Part shown: positions 54,850-64,000 of the stretch, piece after piece
Position numbering within the stretch: the first letter of the stretch is position 1
Layout of the letters: every line of letters starts with the position of its first letter
Assembly: GCF_009914755.1 (NCBI RefSeq)
Contig: NC_060930.1
Source of the DNA: the human T2T-CHM13v2.0 reference genome, Homo sapiens
Strand: one strand, 5' to 3'
Length of the DNA stretch: 64,000 nt
Program-made: the position numbers and the translations under genes
The notes under the pieces: model-generated
What the model was told of the DNA's origin: nothing
Databases searched by the model: none
Seen by the model: only the letters and a program-made list of their open reading frames with translations

Positions 54850-57800
54850 TTTACAGCTTTATTAAGACATAATTTACATGCAATAAAATTCACCCGTTTT
54901 AAGTGTATGATTCAGTGTGTTTAGTAAATTTATAGAGTTGGGAAACCTTTACCACAGTCCAGTTTTAGAACATGTCTGTCACCCCCAAAATTTCCTTGAG
55001 CTTATTTGCAACCAATCCTTGCTCCCACTGTCAGCTGCAGGCAATTGCTGGTCTGTTTTCTGGCTCTTTACATTTGCCTATTCTGGACATTTAATAAGTA
55101 GAATCATACAGTATATAGTTTTTACATGTAGCTTTTTTTCATTGTTTGAGATTAATCTGTGTCGTAGCATGTATCAGGATCTTCCTTACCTTTTATCGCT
55201 ACATAATATTCTCTTATATAAATGCACTGATTATATTGATTCATTCACTCGTTTGATGGACATTTGTATTGTTTTCAGTGTTTGGCTTGTGTGAATAATG
55301 TTGCTGTAAGCAATCCCATACAAATCTGTGGTTACATAGAGTGTTCTAGAAGTCTCAGGTCAAGCTGGCCATTAACACCTATTTTACTTGATATTACTAT
55401 AGAGACTAGGGTTATTGTTTGCATGGCATGTGTGTTCCTGTTCTTTCACGTTGAACTTTTTGTTTCTTTGAACCTCTGCCACTGTTGCAGGTGTGTCTTT
55501 TGTGGACAGCGTGTTGCCGCGATTGCTTTTTCATCCAGTCCGACAATCTGCCTTTTGGGTGGGTGTTTATTCCATCACATTGATGTAATTTATTATTATT
55601 ACTGAATTTATATCTGTGATTTTGCCTTTTCTGTTTGCTTCATACTTTTGTTCCTCTGTACTTCCTTAATTGCCTTCTTTTGTGTTAAATTTTTTAGTGT
55701 ATGATTTTGATTTCTCTTTCTTTTTTGTTTTTACTATACTTTTGATTAATTTTCTTAGTGGTTGCCCTAGAGATTATAATATGCATCTTAAAGTATCACT
55801 GCCTACTTGAGAGTAATACTAACTGAACTCTGGTAAAATATAGAAACTTTTCTCCAGTATCTCCTTTTCTTTCTCCTTTTATGCTATTATTGTGATATAT
55901 GCTTAATCCCTTTATATTATAAAGCAGGTTACACAGTGTTAAATCACTCCTTTACACAATCTTTTTTAAAAATAATTTAAGAGAAGAAATGAGAAACATA
56001 CTAATAGGTCTTACATATACCTACATATTTATTGTTTCTAGCACTCTCCTCTTCTTCTATGGATTCAGGTTATCATCCTGTACCACTTTTATTCAACCTG
56101 AAATATTTCATGTAGCATTTCTTGAAAGTCAGGTCTTCTAGCAGCAACGTTGCTTTTTTAATATTTATGGAATGTCTTTATTTTTCCTTCCGTTTTGAAG
56201 CATAATTTTCTGGATATAGAATTCTTGGTTGATAGGGTTTTGTTGTTTTTCTTTCTGAACTCTGAACATCCACTATTCTCTGGCCTCTGTTACTTCTGAG
56301 AAGTCAGCTGTTTATTGTGTTGTGTTTGTTTTCTTTGCAAGATGAATTGTTTCTTTCATGGTTCTTTCCATTTGTTTCTCATCTTTCTCCAATTTGAATG
56401 TGATGTGCTTAGTTGTGGATTTCTTTGTGTTTATCTTATTTGGAATTTTATTGAACTTCTTGGATATGTAGATCAGTATTTTTGTTTTATCAAATTTGGG
56501 GAGTTTTTGGCCATTATTTCTTCATATATTTTTTCTGTACCTTTCTTTTCTCTAATCACACATTTATTTTTATGTTTGTTGTTCCACAGGTCTCTGAGGG
56601 TCTGTTAATATCTCTTTAATTTTTTTCTGTTCCTCAGATTGGATACTTTTCATTGAGCTATCTTCAAATATATGGATTGTTTCTCGTACCAGTTCAGATT
56701 TGCGGTTGAGTCCCTCTAGTAAATTTTTCATTTCACTTACTTTACTTTTCAACTCTAGAATTTCTATTTGCTTCTCTGTCTCTTTTTAAAATAATTTCTA
56801 TCACTTTATTGAGATTCTATTTGTTGTTATAATCATACTTTAATTCTTTAAATATGGTTCCCTTCAGTTCTTTGAACGTATAATAGCTACTATGAAATCT
56901 CATCCTATTAAATCCAGCATTTGGGGATACTAGAGATACTTTCTATTGACTCAATTTTTCCCCTGAGTATGGGTCACACTTTCTTATTTCTCTTCATGTC
57001 TCCAATTTTTTGTTGAATATTTTACATTTAAGATAATAGATTGTAGCAACTGTGGATTCTGATCCTTGCTCCCTTGTGAGTTATTTTTTGGTTTAGTAGC
57101 TTTTCTGGACTAAATATGTGAAGGCTATTTCTCTCATGTTGTGTGGCTGCTGATGGCTCTGCCCAGGTTTGCTTTCGTTTGTTTGTTTTTTTTGTTTTCT
57201 TATGTTTTACTTTAAATCCTAGCTTCCTAGAGGGTTACCCTGTGTAGTTTTGTTTTAAAGCCAAAGGTAGATCAGAGCTTAATTGTGAGTCAGTCTGAAC
57301 CTTGACTCTCTGCCTGTGGGTCTGTGTGTGGGCTGGGGAGCACTTTCAAATCACAGGCAGTTCTCACATCTGTCCTGGCTTTAACTTTCAGCTGGACCCT
57401 CTTATGTCTTCTTTGTGTGTGTATGCCCAGGCTCTGTGGCCCAGGAGTGTGCAGAGGTTAGGAGACTGCCCTAGTGTTGGTGACACATGTGCAGAGTCTC
57501 TGGTTAACCTGGGATACATGTGGAGAGTTTACCCAGCACACTGTAAGTGGCTCACCTACCAGAACTCCCTAGTAAGTCCCTGGCTAGTCTTCTAGTCTCT
57601 TGCTTGCCCTCAGCAGGACCTCAGCCTCAGGCGGACATTGCCATTGATTTTCTTGAGTTCTCTTGCTATTGGGATTGCCAGTTTAACTGACTGTGCTCCA
57701 AATCTGGTGAACCTGGCCTGGCAAAAGCAGTGAAGTTGCTGCTTTTCCCAGCTTTCCCCTCTTGGTTGAACCCTGGCACTGACAGAACTGGGATAGGGAG

Positions 57801-58000
57801 ACAGGAACAGCCCCGGGCAAAAAATGCCAATGTGCTAGTCTTACCTGCAGTTCAGTACTTTCCACGAAGAAATGCCCCTCCACGTGTATACGGCTTTGGG
57901 TGATTGCCAGAGCGCTGACAGTGGTGGTTCTTGACAGTTTTGTGTGGCTTTATGGTTGCGTTTTGTGGAGAGGATTTGTCACTCCTCACTTTGTCCTTGC
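54850..58000 (-). mobile_element. Ancient L1 (3' end, ORF1 and 5' fragments), antisense in intron 2
   Basis: cagctttattaagacataatttacatgcaataaaattcacc; the - strand ORF at 56570-56752 (SEMKNLLEGLNRK..EETIHIFED-like text) resembles the ORF1p coiled coil. Confidence 0.7.
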
Positions 58001-58280
58001 TGCATTTCCTATGAATGTGTACCATTCTGTCCTCCTGTGGACCGTGAATGTGGACCATGCTGTCCTCCTGCAGCAGGCAGTGTCCTGGGCCCTCATAACA
58101 TCAAGTTGCACAGTGTGTTTTGACAGGCCTCTTACTTAAGACTGCATGTAGAGACCCATCAAGCTGGCAGAAAATCTAGATGCTTTTTAAAAGATACAAA
58201 TAGTGTGATGATTGTGTTTTTAAAATACTGTTGCAGGCATTCTGCATATTTAAAATCCCTACTACTGATGCAAATGTTAG

Positions 58281-58595
<315 letters not shown>

Positions 58596-58629
58596 ATGAT
58601 AACTTTTATATTTAAACTTCTATAACTGA

Positions 58630-58860
58630 AAGTGTGGTTTAGTGGGGGAAAAAAAGCAAGAGTTTGGAGTTTAGAGTTGTGGGATTGGGATTGAATCCTG
58701 GTACAACTTACTAGGTCTGTGATTGACAGAATGTTACTTAATCTCTCTGAACCTGTTTTCTCATCCTAAATTGGATATAATATTCCTACCTTATGGGTTA
58801 TTTTGAAAATTAAATATAACATAGATAAAACTGGTACTTAGTAGCTATTCAGCAAACGTT
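58630..58860 (+). mobile_element. MIR
   Basis: ttgaatcctgg...gttacttaatctctctgaacctgttttctcatc. Confidence 0.7.
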
Positions 58861-59172
58861 TGTTTACCCACCCAGAAAGTTTGTGGTTGTGGGTGTGTTT
58901 TTGGCAACTTTTTCTTCACCAGATTTATCTTCTTGCTTTACCTAGCTTTGCTTCTTAACGTTTTCTCCTTTTTGTAGAATAATTTTGCTATTTTATATAC
59001 TAACTGAAACATACAGTGTATTTCTTTCAGGGTACATTTTGGTTGAATGCTCTTCCCAGATATCCAAAATTTCCCAACATTTCATAGTGATTTCCTTTCT
59101 AAAGTATAAATTTCATGTGCTTACAAGTGATGATGAAACTTCACTGTTATTTTACGGTGAATGAACTCATAT

Positions 59173-59476
59173 GTAGACGGTCCCTGACTTAACCAATCGT
59201 TTGTCTTATGATTTTTCGACCCATACAACCATTCTGTTTTTCACTTTCAGTACAGTATTCAATATGTGAGATATCTAACACTTTAGTATAAAAGAGCCTT
59301 TGTATTAGATGATTTTGCACAACTGTAGGCTAATATAAATGTGCTAAGCACATTGAAGGTAGGCTAGGTTGTTACAATGCTTGGTAGGTTATGGTGTATT
59401 AAATGCATTTGACTTATGATATTTTCAATTTATGATGGGTTTATCAGTTCATGACCCCATTATAAGTAGAGGAGCA

Positions 59477-59480
<4 letters not shown>
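59173..59480. mobile_element. MER47-like TcMar-Tigger MITE
   Basis: Ends ccctgacttaac / ataagtagaggagcat and internal ctgtaggctaat...ggtaggctagg. Confidence 0.65.

Positions 59481-59502
<22 letters not shown>
59477..59502. repeat. (TG)13 microsatellite
   Basis: Direct inspection. Confidence 0.9.
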
Positions 59503-59507
<5 letters not shown>

Positions 59508-62500
59508 GATTATCAGGTGGAACATCTGTACAATGAGAGACAGTAGCATTGTTATGTCGACATTCTCAGGCCATGATTAGAAGGGGCAAAGCAAGGTCTC
59601 TAAGAGAGATTATCAAAGAATGTACTGAGAAACGTTCTTGAACCTTGCTGGACCACAGCCCACTCTGCTCAACCTCAGCGGTTCTCTTCTGTGATATTTA
59701 AGTTAATATGGAAGAAGTGGTAACTTTGGTTACATCAGGTTTTAATGTCACCTTTAGTTTTGGGGTGGACACAACTGGACTCCAGTATGTCCAAACCCTC
59801 TTAATAATACTATATTTTCATAGAGTTTTTAGAACTGAGAATTGTATAGTTTATCTTACTATTTTACTTACTGACAGAGTACCTTATTCTAGAATACTTT
59901 TTAAAAAAATATTAAGTTTTTAAAAGCCAAATCTCTAGACACTTCTTGTTCCTTGGAAACCTTCTTGTCTCCTGAAGAGTACATTTGTTGTGGATAGTGT
60001 GTTCCTCAAGAGTAATTCTTAAACTAGTTGGATAGGTTTAAATTTCGCAACATAGGCATTGCAGAATTTAGACATACAGGAAATCAGGATTCAGGGCTCA
60101 TTTGTTGTAAGGTGAAATCAGGAAGTCTCTGGTTAAAGATTGGATGGGATTAAGCAGACGTTTTGTAGGCAGTCTCTTCACCCTGAACTGCAGCCGTGTG
60201 CTGTCTGGAATGCGGTCTGACTTAATAACCCACCCATGCCAGTAACATACATGATAGAGCAGAATTGCTGTAGTTAAATAATGGATTTTATAAACATTAG
60301 ATAGTCTTTTAGCACCTGCATTTTTTTGTAAGAGTCAAGCAAGAAGTTATGTATGTATGCATTTTGGTCTGAATCTTGTACTTTTGTTAAACACTGATAT
60401 AAATGTGTCTCTTGAGGCTGGTCTGTAACAGATTTATAAAAATGATTACTGTTTCTTAGGCTTTAAAAATCATATTTTTGGCAACCGAATCTATGAGTTT
60501 TATTAAGTAAAAGTTTAGACCTTTTATTCTTTGCAGATTGGATAATTTTTCTTGTACACTTAGCAAATGTTTGATAAATAGCCCTGCAAGGCACTGTGCC
60601 TGCTGAGTGCTGTGGAGGTTACCTGAGTGACTCTGGCATACATTGTAGCCTCAGCGACCCTGACGCTGCAGTTCAATAGGAGAGTTAAGACAAGCCCAAA
60701 ACTGTAACAGCTGCAAAGTGATAAGGGCTATGGAACAATGAAAACTGTCAGGAGAGACTGGGAAAGGAGAACAGTGTTTTCTGATTCCATGTGAAAGCTA
60801 CCCCCTCAACCCCAAGAATTCTCTTTACTTTCTGTGCCCACATTGAGCTAATTCTCTAAGTCCCAGTTTCGTAAAACCTATGCATGTATTTCTGATTTCT
60901 TCTCATTGTGGGTACTTGAAAGAGAGGAAAAAGGAATTTGGGGTCAGAGACTTGGGTAAGGAGAGTAACCTGGTCAAATAGTGTGGTTTCTTGACCTGGG
61001 CGTTGTACCAGGCTGTGTGTGGCATCCTGATCTGACATGCCACTGAAACAGCCTGGAAGTGCAGGATCTCAACGAAAATGTAGTTGGAAAAATAATGCGG
61101 GTAAGCTTGGGGCTGGCAGCATGTTAGAATTGGGAAAAATACCATTTGTGTAAATCAAGCGCTTGGTACCAGATGTATGAAGAGCTACTGACACCTCATG
61201 GATGTGGATGTTATTATTTCTGGTTACGGAAAGTGTGTATGTGTATGTACCAGGATCTATATATGGTGGGTATATGCACATGGTCTTGGCTAAAATTGAT
61301 CTATGAGTTTAATCTGTGACAGAGAAAGCTGTTCAGTATATTCCTCAGTTGCTTGAAAATAAACTTGGAGTGTATCTGTTCAGGAGTCACAGATTAATCT
61401 TTCTAAGTGTATCCTGATTTGTCTGACAGAATTCTGCAGATAGGACTTACTGGAAGTGAAGAGCAGGTGTCATGTAAATGATGCATTATCTTTTTCAAGT
61501 TTAGATGCATACTGTTTGAGGAAAAAACTGCAAGCATGCTTTTTCTTCTTTTTTAATGAAATAAGAATAGTTCAGAGTGGTGGAGTGTCAGGACCCATTG
61601 ATAGGTGGGTCTTTCTAGAAAAATCTAATTTCAATGAAAAATTACACATAGTACATTTTGCTTTTTATGTATTCCTTGTACTCTGAACCTGTGTGTGTAT
61701 ATCAGCAAAATTTGTTGTTTCTGAAATGTACTTCTAAAGTGAATCTTATTTTTTAACATTTAATCGTTTTAGAATTATTTGTATACCCACATAAGCAGAT
61801 ACATAAACAGGGAAGGATCTTTTAAATATGATGTTGGGATTAACGGAGTGGATGTTTGGAGGGGAAAGTACTGAAATTCATCCCACAAATCAACATACAT
61901 TTTCGAGTAGATATGTAGAAAATCAATATATAGAAAGTAGGAAATATAGAAAAACATTGAGATTTCATTCTAGGGCTTAGAGAATTACAGTCCAGAAACA
62001 AAAAGCATGACAGATAGAAAAATATAAACTGCTTATTTCAGAACTAGTATGAAAAAGGTAGCCTTTTCTAATACGTAAGAAAAGGTACAATAGGTAAATG
62101 GACAAAGGGAATTACAAATGCTAAAGTATTATATGGAAACATCGTTCTCTGTAATAAGAAAAAATGGAAACAATGTGGAGACAATTTTTATTTACCCACG
62201 CATTTGCTATTTTAAAGAAATGGCACCCAGGGCTGCTGAGGTTGTGTGGAACAAGTATACTCATTTATTGCTGATGACATAGTAGAGCTTTAAAGGGTTT
62301 TATGTCTTGAAATTTATCCTAAGGAAATAATTCAGCTGAAGCAAAAAGATATTTGTTCAAAGAGCTTGATTTTGGTGTTATCTTTAATAGCAAAACAGTA
62401 GAAGTGCCTTAAATGCCCTTCAGTGCAGACTAATAAATTGATCTTATGCTCTGGCAGACATTAAAAATGATAATTTTTGAAATCCTGTGGAAACATGAAA

Positions 62501-62775
62501 AATGTTCATTATATGTAAAAATCCACGTATGTATAGGATATACAATTGTATGGTCTTTGTGGAAATACTTTTGTTAGGGTGACAGCAACATGAGAATTTT
62601 AAGTAATTTCAGGCATCAATTGAGCATTTACCCTGTGACTCTTCAGTTAATTCATCAATCTGTGTTCTGAGCACTGCTGTAGGCTCCAGGGATGCACAGC
62701 CCCTTGGGTGATCTCTGTGGTCCTGTAGGCGGACACATAAGCAGCTAACAACACAGTATGAAAGAGCAGCTTTCT

Positions 62776-63246
<471 letters not shown>

Positions 63247-63859
63247 TTATCTCAGGGTGACCTTAACAGTCAGGAGCAGTGATGGAGGGGACGGAGTGGG
63301 TGTTGAGGCCCGGGTCTTGGAGTGGGTGGGTGTATATCGTATTTTGGTTGGAAGAGGAGTGCCTCATTTTCACTTCTTGCAGGTTTTTCATCTTTCAAAG
63401 TTCAGTATGTATTATTTGTCTTGTTAATCATGCCACATTCTCATAATTTTTGAGCACCTTTTTTGGTTGCCTGGCTATTTAGTAAACATAAGTGTAGAAT
63501 CAAAAGAGATGTTTGTCTGTGTCAGTTTCTTCGTGTGTTTGCTACTGTGGTCATTCATATATTGATCAGCGATGATTTTCCTGAGACCGTTTATTGCATT
63601 GGTGGCAAAAATTAGATTTTCTGACTCCCAATCTGTGAAACCATATTCCTTTCTGCATTTTATTGCTGGACTGTAGGTTATGTTGAATATAAACATATTT
63701 GTGGATAATGTAGTTGTATGTGGCTGAGAGGTTGCACTGGATATTATGGAAAAGAATTTTGTATATGAAATAGATAGTAGCAGTGAGTGTTTTCCTGTTT
63801 TCTTTTTAAATGTTCTTCAACAGGGAGAATGAAATCTAAATGATAATTCTGTTTATTGT

Positions 63860-64000
63860 TTTTTCCTTTTTTTTTGTAGGGTCTTGCTCTTTTGCTCAGG
63901 CTGGAGTGCAGTGGTGTAGTTGTAGCTCACTGCAACCCCAAACTTCTGGGGACAAGCTAAGGCTTGTCCCCTTCCTGCTTTAGCGTCCCGAATAGCTTGG
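63860..64000 (-). mobile_element. Alu (J-type), cut by the window end
   Basis: T-tract followed by ggtcttgctct...caggctggagtgcagtgg. Confidence 0.85.

Noticed and set aside
58012-58070. ~33-nt imperfect tandem duplication (tgaatgtg.accat.ctgtcctcctg x2)
   Set aside because: Local slippage duplication at an L1 edge with no functional signal.

Overview
Human (primate) genomic DNA containing the 5' end of HIVEP1 (ZNF40/MBP-1/PRDII-BF1, Schnurri family) on the + strand, recognised from the exon encoding MPRTKQIHPRNLR (41783-41822). There are two CpG islands (~34.6-35.6 kb and ~37.4-39.4 kb) with alternative non-coding first exons, a 143-nt exon 2 whose leader holds four upstream AUGs, and the first ~22 kb of intron 2. 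The rest is mostly interspersed repeats: 22 Alu/FLAM copies, old L1/L2/MIR, a solo LTR12C with TSD, MaLR LTRs and Tigger/hAT DNA transposons. Most ORFs in the track are Alu, LTR or GC-island artefacts. Main leads: (1) a possible decayed multi-exon protein-coding gene on the - strand upstream of HIVEP1 (pieces at 28.1, 26.8, 18.5 and 11.5 kb); (2) the uORF cluster in exon 2, with an internal acceptor that would remove every uAUG; (3) a 171-nt intronic exon that would terminate the canonical start and supply a different N-terminus; (4) kappaB-site clusters in a gene whose product binds kappaB sites; (5) an inverted repeat linking the two CpG islands. Repeat subfamilies and boundaries were called by eye and no searches were run.
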